DNA of 64,000 bases from Hypanus sabinus (Eukaryota): NCBI RefSeq assembly GCF_030144855.1, contig NC_082739.1, positions 14,012,001 through 14,076,000 of the forward strand, in the 5' to 3' direction. The notes beneath the pieces were generated by a model. That model was not told the DNA's origin, made no database searches, and worked only from the letters and a program-made list of their open reading frames with translations. Position numbers and translations under genes: made by a program. Of this stretch, positions 21,301-33,269 are shown piece by piece. Each line of letters begins with the position of its first letter. Within the stretch, counting starts at the first letter, position 1.

Positions 21301-24300
21301 TAGGCAAACTGGTGTGGATTAGATCTAGATACAAAGTAAAGTTCTTTCTACAGTGCCCCATCAACCACTCTCACAGTAACATTAGAGTCATAGAGCACAG
21401 AAACAGGCCCTTTGGCCCAATTAGCCTGTGCCAAATGGACCTGCATCTGGACCATAGCACTCCGTACCCCTCCAGTCCATGTCAGCTCTTAAATGTTGAA
21501 ATTGAAAGTGAATCTGCCATTACAATAATCTGTAAAGCACTTGCTGGTAAAAACTGCACCAATAAAGGTCTTCTCCTTCTCAAGCAACAAGCAGCAAAGC
21601 CAATTCCACGTCCTCAACCAAATTAAAATTAAAGTTAATCCACGATAGTTGCTATTGACTTCCATAACATTCAAGCAATTTTGATTTTGAACTCAATGAA
21701 ATTCAAGTATTTTTTCTGAAAATATTTGGAAGAGAAAACATCTTTTGATAATCTGAATAAGAAACTGCATGGCAGTCTATTGAGTACGAATATTCTGCAC
21801 TGTTTAACTCTCTGAGTGCTGACAGCTCGGGTTGGGCTGAAGGTTGGTTAGATTACTGGTACAAGCTTTATCAATGCTGTGATCTCTCCTGGAACTTGGA
21901 TTATGAGCCCACACCTTGCAATAGTTTGGGACCACCTGTGGGCACTGTTATGGGTGGGACAGGTGGATGTAGCCTCACCTCCGTGTCAGCTTCGTGCAAC
22001 TGCACTATGGCTGATTTGGAGAATGTACTGTACTCCAGGGCAATGAGCTATTTCCTGTATACAGTCAGTGTGGGAAGATGCCATTAGGTAAGACCCAGCT
22101 TATGTCTGAAACATCAGCTTGGGAGAAAAACACATTGGCAATGTGTTTGAAGTTAAATTTCATCAATATGCTAGAAGGTCACTAGTGATAGTGATATCAT
22201 TTAGCCCAACAAAGATGGGTTAATCTGATCACCAGAAAATTGCGGGAGTTTCCTGAGTGAACGACCTGACTCATGGAAATCCAACTTTATGTAACTCCCC
22301 CTATTTTTAAAGCATTTTTTGTAATAAGAATGATAATATTTCATGGTATTCATTAATGATTGGATACAGTATACAGCATCTTCTATTTAATCAGTGATTA
22401 TTCAATAAAATGAAAGATTAATAGCAAGCATGTATAAAGTACTATGATAAGTTAACTATAGAAAATGGACATTTCTGACTTATGGGGAAATTGGCTTATG
22501 ATCATTTTGCAGAAAGGGAACCCTCTCATAACCTGGGGACGGCCTATAAATGTGCCAAGAAGGTATAATCTAATACAGTGTTTTGTTGACTTTGTTCAGA
22601 TGGACACTGCTGTGTTATGTACTGGAGTCACATCTAGCACCAGAATAAGAAATGACGGTGTATGTTTTTTTTGTGCATGACTCTAACAACCGCACGTTCG
22701 CTTTTGCTGGGACTGGTCTGAGTTTCAAGCTTCTTTTCATGTCTGGACGACTGTAGAGGTTTTTTCTTTTCCTGATCCAGTAACGTAATCTCAACATCTT
22801 TATTAGTTGAATATGTAGCAAAGCAAAGTCCAACCTTTGGCGGATGGCCCTCTTCGTTTGGCAAACCAGTAGACCAGCCCAGCCACCCCGAGTGTGAAAG
22901 CTAGATCTCCACAGATGATGCCAATGACCATGCCTGTGCCGAGTTCAATGCAGTCATCACAAACTGTGGGAGAGGGAGTGACAGGTTCAGCATTCACAAC
23001 ATGCAAAGTAAAAATACAAGTGAAGCAGATTTGCAGATTTCAAATTACTCCCCAGATAAGCAGCATCTCATAGAATTAACAGCAAAGAATGAAGCCAGTT
23101 GACCTATCAGGTCTCAGCTGCTGTTGATCTCCCATTGTATACATCAGTATCTCTTTGAGTTATAGTTCCTATGCATCTTTTCTTAACATCCTCGCTCAGA
23201 TGACTTCAGAATTAGAGAAATAAAATGTCATAGGCTGACTGGGGAATACATTTATAAGATCATAAGATATAGGAGCAGAAGTAGGCCATTTGGCCCATCT
23301 GCTCCACCATTCAATCATGGGCTGATCCAATTCTTCCAGTCATCCCCACTCCCCTGCCTTCTCCCCAAACCCTTTGATGCCCTGGCTAATCAAGAACCGA
23401 TCTATCTCTGCCTTAAATACACCCAATGACTTGGCCTCCACAGCCATTTGTGGCAACAAATTCCACAGATTTACCACCCTCGGACTAAAGTAATTTCTCC
23501 GCATCTCAGTTCTAAATGGAGGTCCTTCAATCCTGAAGTCATGCCCTCTTGTCCTAGACTCCCCTACCATGGTAAATAACTTTGCTATATTTATATTTGG
23601 GATAGGTCAGCCAAGACATGGCAAAATATTTGACAGAGCCCCATTCTGACTGATGACTAAATTGTAAACTTGTTCTTTTAAATAAATACCTTAGACAAAA
23701 CTAAAACCAGAAACTGTAAACAGTCTGCTTATTACCAGTATTTTCTATTTTTATTTCAGGTTCCAATATCAGCCAATTTTTTTAGTTTTCAATACCTTCA
23801 GAGCAATATCTTTTGTGCCTTGACAAAGTTACTGCAATTCTCTTTATTATATCATTTCATTAATCAATACTTACCTTTGGCTCGAATGTAAAAGTTGTAA
23901 TTGATGCTAGAACTACTACAATAATATTCGCCATTGTCGTGGTCACCAAAGTTGTCTATCTGGTACTGCTGTCCTGACGCACCATCTATAGATTCAAAGC
24001 CTGTCAGTTGCTTCTTAAACCAACTTATTTGTTTTTCCATAGGGCACTTTAAAATAACTGAATTCCCCTTAATTTCCACCAGCTCTGCGAAAGTAAGCAA
24101 AATCAACAATGGGTCAGTCATATTTTCCAAAGGATCTTCCCTTTAATCAACAATTTGTTTTGCTTAATTTCAAAAATCTACTTAAAGGTTAGGAGAGAGA
24201 ATCTAAAGCGTACTCACCATTTGTTTGTGCTTCAACACCTGTTGAAAGAGGACAATGATTAGAAAAGGTAAATTAATCAGTTTTACTATATTTTTGAATA

Positions 24301-27300
24301 GATAGAAAATATTCACTTGTATAACTACATTAATATCTGCTCCTGGTTTGTTGGTTGGGACGTTGGGGTGCTCAGGGGATTGGAATGTAACAGGGAATCG
24401 GGTTGCTGAAAGGGATTGGGATGCTGAGGGGATTGGAATGCTCCAGGGAAAGGGGTGCTGCAGGGATTAGGCAGAATGCCTGTTGAGCTCGGGAGAGGGA
24501 AATGGCTTAAGGAATTTAGCAACTGTCACTGCAACCCTTCCAGGGACTGAGTTTGAGAATAGACAGAGACAGGATTTTTAATCTGTCAACGCAGTATCTG
24601 ATTATTTTACACCGTTGGGAAAGGAGGGGAGAAAATTGTAAAAAATAATGTACCTCAGAACATTCTCACTTACTAACCTGCCATGTAATTACTTACTTGA
24701 ATTATTAAAAGATGTTTTCTACTTTGAATATTTTAATAAGAACACTTAAAAGACAAATAACAACATTTAAAAGACTTTTGGATAAGTGTGTGAATAGGAA
24801 GGGTTTAGAGGGACAAGGTAAATGGGACTTAGCTTGGGGGCATGGTGAGTATAGACAAGTAGGGCCAAAAGGCGTGTTTCTGTGCTGCATTACCCTGACT
24901 CTAAAACTTGCTGATACTTAACTCCTTCAGAGTTCAGTCAAAAGTGCTTGAATGTTCAAAAGACAAATAACAGCAGTCTGGGATGCAGGAAGGCCAGAGG
25001 ACATTCCTGTGGAATTGGACCATCTACATTTATCAAGTGCACCAAAATGGTCTGTTGTGCTAAACAATCTACAATAACAGAAGAATTAGAAGTTCTTACT
25101 TTCATTTGTGCTTAACTTTCTTTGAATGAATTTATCATTTTGGAATGTAAAAATTAAAATTGTGCACCAATCCACACTCTACATTCTGTGCTCAAATTCC
25201 AGTGACATGGATGGGCGACAAAGGACACCCACAGTTCGTGCTTCCACTCCACGCTTGAAGGCTGGTGACCAGGAATCCTCGTGAGTAGGTGGCATGAGGG
25301 TTGGTCAGTCAGCACGCTTGGATTTGAACCTGGAGGCTGTGGTCCCGTCATTGGCTAGTCCAGAGGTCAATACTGAAAATCAGAGCTCGAATGTCAATCG
25401 GTAGTCTGGAAGTCGAAGACTGATAGCTGAAGCCTAACTGTAGAATGGATCCTGTCCTGGATTTGGAGTATTTCCCGTATGGATGGGTAGTTAAAAATGG
25501 AGGGTGGGAGGGAGGAATGGAGCTCATTTGGTTGCTTGCTGTGTTTTTTGTTCTTCTGCTAAGCATTGTGGGCATGCTATTTGGCACTGGAATGGGTAGT
25601 GACACTTGCAGGCTGCTCTCAGCCCATCTCTAGGTTGTGTTGGTTAGCGCAAACAATGCATTTCACTGTGTTTCTATGATCTGAATCTACAATCTGAACC
25701 CAAACAGTAAGTTATATCAATCAATAATTAGATTGAGGAGTAGTGATGCAGCTTCAAAAAATTGAACAAAAGATTCAAGGGGATATGAGGAAACAAAAAC
25801 AACCAGGATTATCAAAATGGAATTCCAGAGGGCAAAGGCTTAGGACAGAGGGATGTCCGCTTAGAACAGAAATGAGGAGGAATTTCCTCAGCCAGAGTGT
25901 GGTGAATCTGTGGAGTTCATTGACATGGATGGCAAGTCATTGAGTATATTTAAGCCAGAGGTTGATAAGTTCTTGAATAGCCAGGGTATCAAAGGTTACG
26001 GGGCGAAGGCACGAGAAAGGGCTTGAGAGGAATAATAAATCAGCCATGATGGAATGGTAGAGCAGACTTGATGGACTGAGTGGTCTCATTCTGCTCCTCT
26101 GTTATGGTGTTATGGCATTTGTGGGAAAATTATGTGAAAACAACAGGGAAGAGGCAAATCCTAAACACAAGAGATTCTGCAGATGGTGGAAATCCAAAGC
26201 AGCACACACAACATGCTGACTGAACTCAGCAGGTCAGACAGTAACTATGGAAATGAATAAACAGTCAGGTTTCGAGCCGAGACCCTTCAACAAGACTGGA
26301 AAGGAAGGGGGATGACACCAGAATAAAAAGATGGGGAGAGGGGAAGGAGGGTAGTTAGAAGGTGATAGGTGAAGCCAGGTGGGTATGAAAGGCAAAGAAG
26401 TGATATTGATGAGATTGTGAAACTAGGAACTGGCACAGACTTGATGGGCTGAATGGCTTTCTTCTGTGCCGTAGTGACTCCCTGAGCTTAACCACAACAG
26501 GTGGACTTTTGTGCTAGTCTCCACTCTCGGAAATGTTCTGAAGAGCTTATGCAAGTGATAATGAGCCAAAATGGCTGCTTATCCACAGAGCAGGAACCTG
26601 CTATGGTTAGCAGCCAGTTAGCAATTTGATTGGAATCTATACAGTAAAAGAAGAATTAAAAGAATCAAAAACTTTGCAGTTACAAAGGTAGTTATCTTCC
26701 CAATTAAGGAGATGCAGGAGATGGCAGATGATGAATCTGGAGTAACATACAAAACACTGTAGGAATTCAGCAGGAGGAAAAAGGACAGTCAATGTTTCAA
26801 GTCAAAATGCTTCCTTAGGATCCAATCAGTCCTGTGCCTGTGCTATCTTTTCAACCTAATCCTTGAAGTATTTGTGAGCATTTTTGGGTCCCTTATCCAA
26901 GAAATGATATGGTGGCACTGGAGAGGGTCCAGAGCAGGTTCATGAGAATGATCTGGGGAAAGAAGTGGTTAACATGTGAGGAATGTCGGATTTCTCTGGG
27001 CCTATACCTGCTGGAGCTCAGAAGAATGAGGGAGGATCTCATTGAAACCTATTGAATATTGAAAGACTTAGATAAAATGGACATGGAGAAGATGTTTCCA
27101 GTAGTGGGAGAACCTAGGACCAGAGGACACAGCATCAGAAAAAAGAAGGACATCCCTTTAGAAAAGAGATGAGGAGGAATTTCTCTAGCCAGAGGGTGTA
27201 AAATCTGTGGAATTCATTGCACAGAAGGTTGTGGAGGCCAAGTTATTGGATATATTTAAAGCAGAGGTTGATAGATCCTCGATTAGTGAGTGCATCAAAG

Positions 27301-28210
27301 GTTATGGGTAAAAGGCAGGAGAATGGGGTTGAGAGGAAAAATAAATCAGCTATAATGGAATCGCAGAGCAGACTTGATGGGCTGAATGGCCTAATTGTAT
27401 TCCTATGTCTTATGTTCTTATAATTACAGACTAACGGGCTTTGATTACAGTCTAGAATGCCAATCCTTATTAATTTATCTAACGTCCTATCACTTTTTGC
27501 TGTTGGACGCGCCAGGACAAAGCAAGTACTACATAATTCCTGGTCTATGCTAGTTCAGAGAAATACTATTTCACACGAATTTTCCCTGTAATCTATTCCC
27601 CAATATTCCCAGGTTCTACCACTCCTCAATGCACTACGGGCTACTTACAATAGCCAATTAACCTACAAATGTGCACATCTTTGGGATGTGGGACAAAACT
27701 GGAGCACCTGGTGGAAATCAATGTGGTTGCAAGGCGAACGTATAAAACCCAAACCATAAAAACATGAAATTAGGAGCAGGAATAGGACCCCCGGCCCCTC
27801 TATCCAGCCCCACCATTGTATAAAATTGTGTTCTGACCCAACCTTGCCTTCTCTTGTGCTGATTCCCCTGAGCTCTTAATACTCTTCAAAGGGGTCACTT
27901 GAATTGCAAAGTAGCCATTTTACCAGCTGCAGCACATTGGCACCTCTTCGATGAAGCTGAGAAAAAGGTGGACATCTTGGCTTCTGACCTGAAATATGGT
28001 GCCTCCAACGGCAAAGCATTCTCTCAAGGCAGTGGAGCAGTGAACTACCCCTCAGCACAACTCACGATGTGGCTTGCAACCCCAACCTCTGATCTGAAGC
28101 TTATTCAAAAATAACAAACTTTTCCTTTAACATTTGCTCTAACGAAAGTTGAACTCACCCTGTAAGAGCAAGGTTGCAGCTAGGACCATTCCAATGTATG
28201 TCCACAACAT
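18259..28210 (-). CDS. CD3E: T-cell surface glycoprotein CD3 epsilon chain; 6 coding exons join(28210-28159,24238-24218,24084-23875,22963-22835,19741-19665,18309-18259), 540 nt, 179 aa
   Basis: Spliced protein MLWTYIGMVLAATLLLQGVEAQTNELVEIKGNSVILKCPMEKQISWFKK...DNGEYYCSSSSINYNFYIRAKVCDDCIELGTGMVIGIICGDLAFTLGVAGLVYWFAKRRGPSAKDFRSLNPDDFPPSRPPMTSAHQAEYAPIKGGQREVYDKLQKR*. It has a signal peptide, one Ig domain, a CxxCxE stalk, a TM Asp and one ITAM (YAPI-x7-YDKL) split by a phase-0 intron like mammalian DYE|PIRKGQRDLYSGL. No N-glycosylation sequon and a Pro-rich tail favour epsilon over gamma/delta. Divergent neighbour of MPZL2, as in mammals. Confidence 0.93.
18400..18650. repeat. Purine-rich (GA) low-complexity tract; similar tracts at ~18070-18230 and ~12850-13120
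   Basis: Strong G/A bias on the + strand. Confidence 0.6.
19665..19741 (-). CDS. CD3E: CD3E cytoplasmic exon (Pro-rich segment plus first ITAM Tyr)
   Basis: Strong acceptor ttctcttttctcttccag|; DFRSLNPDDFPPSRPPMTSAHQAEYA; donor GCG|GTAAAG; phase 1-0. Confidence 0.9.
20340..21150 (+). mobile_element. Rex-Babar-type LINE 3' fragment (antisense in CD3E intron)
   Basis: LAEWCCSNNLTLSGSKTKELI and CLKKSATIIKNPCH remnants. Confidence 0.75.
22835..22963 (-). CDS. CD3E: CD3E stalk/transmembrane exon
   Basis: Acceptor ccctctcccacag|; VCDDCIELGTGMVIGIICGDLAFTLGVAGLVYWFAKRRGPSAK; donor AAG|GTTGGA; 129 nt. Confidence 0.95.
23258..23590 (-). mobile_element. CR1 3' end
   Basis: ESRTRGH..FRTEMRRNYFSPRVVNLWNLLP..FKAEIDRFL plus the shared 3' UTR. 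Confidence 0.85.
23875..24084 (-). CDS. CD3E: CD3E Ig-domain exon
   Basis: Acceptor ttgcttactttcgcag| and donor AAG|GTAAGT; 210 nt; VILKC..ISW...DNGEYYC Ig pattern. Confidence 0.95.
24218..24238 (-). CDS. CD3E: CD3E 21-nt micro-exon (GVEAQTN-)
   Basis: Acceptor tcctctttcaacag| and donor ATG|GTGAGT; phase 1-1; supplies the signal-peptide cleavage region (VEA/Q). Micro-exons are known at this position in mammalian CD3E. Confidence 0.85.
25830..26115 (+). mobile_element. CR1 3' end
   Basis: LRTEMRRNFLSQSVVNLW plus the shared 3' UTR. Confidence 0.8.
26160..26400 (-). mobile_element. Penelope-like pLTR fragment in CD3E intron 1
   Basis: Same terminus; hammerhead core mutated (UUGUUGA). Confidence 0.65.
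26868..27420 (+). mobile_element. CR1 3' end
   Basis: Same ORF2 C-terminus and 3' UTR, ending TATGTCTTATG. Confidence 0.8.
28159..28210 (-). CDS. CD3E: CD3E coding exon 1 (signal peptide MLWTYIGMVLAATLLLQ-G)
   Basis: ATG at 28210 in AAGATG context; hydrophobic leader; donor CAGG|GTGAGT; phase 1. Confidence 0.85.
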
Positions 28211-28470
28211 CTTTGCTCCCGGATCCTTGGGAGTCACAGCTTCCTTGCACACCGAGTCCGTTACCCGTTCAGAAAATAAGAAAAAGACTCAGGCCCCTAC
28301 CCAAACCTTGCGACTTTCTCGCTCAGAGCTGGTGGCTGCTGGAGTATTTGGCGTTGAACAGGAAACAAGAGCATCAACTGACTTCACAAACCACGGCCTG
28401 GTGTGTGCAGCTTCTCAACAACACACTGAAAGCCACATCCCCCGCATCACTCAGTTTCCATGCTGATTCC
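28211..28470 (-). promoter_or_regulatory. Candidate TATA-less CD3E promoter/5' UTR
   Basis: Non-repetitive, CpG-containing stretch just upstream of the ATG, with ETS-like CAGGAAA (~28359) and an ETS:RUNX-like GGATGTGGCT (minus strand, 28431-28440). An upstream non-coding exon cannot be excluded. Confidence 0.4.
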
Positions 28471-30663
28471 GAATTGCTCTCTTTACGTTGACATTAACAA
28501 ATCTACAAATAACAGAGCAGCAGTGGGAAAGAGATTGAAATCTAATTTAGGGGTAGTGTTGGATTAACTGAGTGTATCTTAGATGGTGGGGGGAAGGCGA
28601 AAGGGAGACTATAGGGAGGGGATTGTAGGGCAAGGTATGGTAGGGAAAGTGAATGAGAGAGGTGGTGTGAGGGAGGAAAGAGGATAGGGGACAGAGTGAG
28701 CTACACATCAGGTAGAGAGTCATGTTCACAGTAGCTGGATTATTAGAACAAGGAGTGCTTTGAGATCCTTTGCACATCAGGCTCTGAGACCTCAAAGATA
28801 CCTTCAATAAATGTTAGAGTTGTTTCTGTAGCCCCTTCAAGACCAGCACCATACCTCTCATTTCAAACCCAGTGTAAAGTGAAAATACTGGAAAAGCTTA
28901 GCGGGTCAGGCAGCATCTGTAGAGAGAGAACAACTGACTTAACACTTCAGATCCATGATCTTTCATCAGAGAAAACAAGTATGTCTAAAGTTGAAATTTA
29001 AAACATACTTGTGATCTTCCTTGGTACTAATCTTTGATTTAAAACATTAACTCTGTCTCTCTCTTCACAGATGCTGCCTGACCTGTTGAGTGTTTCTAGT
29101 GCATTTTGTTTGTATTTCAGATTTCCAACATCTGCAGCTTATTGTTTTTCAACATTTTGTAGAATTTTGCTGCCTGGGTCTAAATTGAGTTCAGCCTCTG
29201 TTTACCCATGGCACCTGTGCTCACTGACCTACTTTGGCACATGTATAAAACCTTAGAATCAATATCTTTGCTTCCAAATTGCTCTGTGATTTTGCTCCCA
29301 CGCCACCCCACCTCCACAACTCCTCTCTTCCCTCTCCTCATGCCTAGTAGTTCCAAGGCTCCAACCGTCAAAATTCCCTTCCTCAATCTTTCCTCTCTTA
29401 GGACACTTCATAAAACCTGATTGTTTTTGTTTATTTTGTCCCAAGTTAAACTTGGACACAAATTTTGTGTTGTGAAACAATTTTTCTGTTAATGACCCTA
29501 TACAATTTTTGAACAATTCTTGACTTTTTTATCTCAGTTTATTTTTGGGAAAAAAATCTTCTTTGATTTGAATCTATGTTTTATTCACAACCACTCCCTA
29601 TAGATAAATGTTTAATTGCTCTTGGTTTTCATACAGCCCTGTTTTCTGATAAACTGAAATGGAGTGATCATTAAACTCCGCATTTTGCATTTTGTTCAAG
29701 CTTCATATTTATTGGCTTCAAACACCTGCAGGATTGAGGGCTCTCCATTTTAGAAGGTGTCAAAGTCGATCAACAATTTCACCTCAAAATGGTGGCTGGC
29801 CAAATTGTCATGAAGCTATTTCAGTGCGACTGTAGGGGCACTGTCGGTCCTTTCTGCATTGATAAGCAGTCTATATCGCCACCTGCCGACAAGAAATCAG
29901 TACTGCAGAGAAACGGCTTCCTTGAGAGATCTCTTTAAGATCCATCCTCTTGTCTACAGTTACTCTCTGATTTTGGTGTTGTTGGACTGGCAGACTGCTT
30001 GCTGCTGTCCTGGTGGTTATCCAGGACAGACCTGGAGCAGGCATACAGCGCAGAAAATATATTTGACATGTCCAACGATCTCTGCAATGACCTGAACACA
30101 AATAAATTATGTAAACACATAAGAACATGGGAATTAGTAAGAGTTACCGACTTGCCCCTTCTAGCCTGATCTGGCATTCATTAAAATCTCAGCTGATCTG
30201 ATTCTATCTTGAACTTTATATTCTTCTCTTCTAGCGGTAACCCGATGCTTGTCAAGAACTCCCACTCTCCTTCTCATTACACATTCCCATGCAAATACAG
30301 CATATACCCTTTCACCTCTGTCCTTCCTACTATCCAAGGACCCAAAAAGTCCTTCCAAGGAAACAGCGCAGTTGCTAGAAATCTGAATATGAAGAGAATG
30401 CAGAAATATCTAGCAACCAGTCAGCATCTACAGAGAAAGATAAATAGTTACAGGCTTATGATCTTTTATCGGAGTTGGTTTTCTGTTTCTTCCTTTGTGA
30501 AGACTCTCAGAATAATTATTTATTTTCTCTACCATTTCCTTATTCTCTGACATTATTTCCTCACTGTAGTCATAGGCATATGTACTCAAGGTATAAATGA
30601 CATGAAAATTAGCAGTACAGTATATTGCAAACATGACAACCATAAGTTAGCATTTCATAAACA

Positions 30664-31378
30664 TGAGATGCTGGCAATCCAGAGCTACACACACAAAGTG
30701 CTGGCGGTACTCAGCAGGTCTGGCAGCATCTATAGAGATGAACAAACAGTCGACGTTTCAGGACAAGACCCTTCTTCAGGACTGAGAAGGAGGAGGAAGA
30801 TGTGAGAATAAAAAGGTAGGGGGAGAGGGAGGAGGCCAGCCAGAAGGTGACAGGTGAAGCCAGGTGAGTGGGAAAGGTAAAGGGCTGGAGAAGAAGGAAT
30901 CTGATAGGAGAGGAGAGTAGACCATGGGAGAAAGGGAAGGAGGATGGGACCCAGGGGAAGTAATAGGCAAGTGAGAAGAAGTAGAAGGTCAGAGTGGGGA
31001 ATAGAGGGGGGGGGGAATTTGTTTATTAGAAGGAGAAATCAATATTCATGCCATCAGGTTGGAGGGTACCCAAATGAAATATAAGGTGTTGCTCCTCCAC
31101 CTTGAGGGTGGCCTCATCTTAGCACAAGAGGAGACCATGACTCAACACATCAGAATGGGAATGGACCTTTCCAGTTCCCAGCCCTTGACCTTTCCCACCC
31201 ACCTGGCTCCATGCATCACCTTCCAGCTGGCCTCCTTCCCCTCCCTTCACTTTTTGTTCTGGTATCTTCCCCCTTCCTTCTCAGTCCTGGAGAAGGATCT
31301 CAGCCCAAAACATCGACTGTTGTTTCATTTCCATCAATGCAGCCTGACCTGCTGAGTTCCTCCAGTGTTTTTTGTCTG
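30664..31378. mobile_element. Penelope-like remnant with inverted arms (minus arm ~30664-31140, plus arm ~31165-31378)
   Basis: Both arms carry the GCTGCC..ACCTGCTGAGTTCCTCCAGCA terminus and the hammerhead segment, in opposite orientations. Confidence 0.7.
30747..30784 (-). ncRNA. Minimal type I hammerhead ribozyme motif (intact core) in a Penelope-derived repeat
   Basis: Minus strand reads CAGUC-CUGAAGA-AGGG-UCUUG-UCCU-GAAA-CG-UC^-GACUG: 5-bp stem I, CUGANGA, 4-bp stem II, GAAA, palindromic ACGU in place of stem III, and a GUC cleavage triplet. Confidence 0.7.
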
Positions 31379-32484
31379 ATGCATACATTCGCATGAACTT
31401 AAATTAATGTATAAATTATGCATAATTTACATGTGCAACAATAAACAAGATCTATCATTCTATATATCAAAAGAAGATTTAATATTTACTTTAATCACTT
31501 TTTTCATCTTCCTCTTGTAAATGCTAAAATGTTTCCAAGCCTCAGGGTTACTGCTCTTTTTTGTTCTATTACTACCTTGTTTTGTTAGCTTCTTCCAGAA
31601 CAATTATCCTGTGCAGTTTAAAAGGACGTTTACTGTCATGGTTTTTAATGTCATTCCCCAGTCTACCAGAGTCAGGCCATGCTTTGTACTTGAGTACCAT
31701 AGTTAATGTTAAGAGTTTGAGGAGATTTGAATGTCATATGTACCATTCTGACTGGTGGCATCACGGCCCTGCTATGGAGACTACAATGCACAGGATCAAA
31801 AGGGGCTTCAGAGGGTTGTAGACTCCCCACTATCGAGGACATCTTCAAAAGGTGGTGACTCAGGAAGGCAGCATCTATCATTATCTGGGATATGCCCTCT
31901 CCTCATTACTACCTTGAAGGCATTGGAGCCTGGAGAACTACACTCAATGTTTTAGGAACAGCTTTTTCCCTTCTGCCATCAGATTTCTGAATGGCCCATT
32001 AACAGAGCCTGTCCTGATGAAGGGTCTCAGCCCAAAACGTCGACAGTGCTTCTCCTTATAGATGCTGCCTGACCTGCTGTGTTCCACAGGCATTTTGTGG
32101 GTGTTGTTAGAACCTCATTATTCCTCTTTTGCACTATTTGTTTGTTTATTTATTTAACAACTGTTGTAACTTTTGGTAATTTGTTCCACCTTCACTGTAC
32201 TGCTGTCGCAAAACAACAAACTTCACAACTGATAAACAGAAGAGATGCTACAGATGTTGGAAATCCAGAGCAACACACACAAATTGCTGGAGGAACTCAG
32301 CAACTCAGGCAGCATCTATGGAGAGGAATAAAGAGTCGACTCAATTCAGGTCTTAAAGCCAGTGACAATAAACCTGATTGGATTCTGATTCTGTACAGTG
32401 CTGCCCTCTGTTGGCCATGGTGAGTAGATCTTCTGGCACACATTCCTTTTCTTGAATCCAGTGCGCCAAGTGGCAGCAACTTGT

Positions 32485-33240
32485 GTAAAATTTAGAGCAA
32501 CACACAAAAAGCAATGGAGAAACTCAGCGGGTCAGGTGTCAAAGGAAGGAAACGGACAGTCAAACTTTCCAGTTGAAACCCTGATCTGGAATGAAAGATA
32601 GCTGCATAAAAAGATGGGGGGAAGGAGCATTGATGATAGGCAGATGTGGGAGGGGAGAGTGGGCATAGTGCCAGAAGCTGGGAGGTGATAGGAGGAAATG
32701 ATGAAGGGGTAAACACAATAGAATCTGATAGGTAGGTGGATTATGGAATTGAGGGAGGTGAGGAAGCCAATAGGAACGGTGGGAGAGGGGAACCAGTGTG
32801 AGAAGTATGTGGGGGATGTTCAGATGGAGAGGGGAAAGAGGCAATGTGATGGTGAACAGGTAGATAGAGAACAGAGAGAAAAGGGACAAGGGGGGCAGTT
32901 ACTAGAACTTGGAGAATTCAACATCAATGCTCTTAGATGGATTATGATGTGCTGTTCTTCTGGTTTGCATTTAGTCATGTGGAGGAGTCCAGAGACAGAC
33001 ATGTTGGTGTGGAAATGAAGGGGAAGGGTTAGATTTGAAATGGCTCGCAACCCGGAAATCAACGAACAGCAGATGGAGCAGAGGTGCTCAGTGAAGCAAT
33101 CGCCCAGTCTGCTTTGAGGCTTGTTGATGTCAAGGAGGCCTCTTTAGGAGCACTGGATGCAATAAGTACCACTGCGGCATTTGTATGTGAAATACCGCCT
33201 CCCCTGGAAGAGCTATTTAGGGCCCTGTATGGTGGTGAGG
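32485..33240 (-). mobile_element. Degraded Penelope-like fragment
   Basis: Same pLTR terminus; degenerate C-terminal ORF remnant (CKPEEQHIIIHL.. resembles the RRSMEQYLISRLG of the 2.8-kb copy). Confidence 0.55.
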
Positions 33241-33269
33241 GAGGGAAAGGGGTTTCACAAGAAGGAGAC

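Noticed and set aside
21896-22087. ORF starting MDYEP (plus strand) and an HPPVPP peptide on the minus strand, reminiscent of CD3E PPVPNPDYEP
   Set aside because: DYEP is on the wrong strand, and PPVP is not reachable in frame from any acceptor; treated as coincidence.
24085-24130. ORF-track N-terminus MENMTDPLLILLTFA as a CD3E signal peptide
   Set aside because: It is the intron polypyrimidine tract (the start is a TTG); the real leader comes from the exons at 28210 and 24238.
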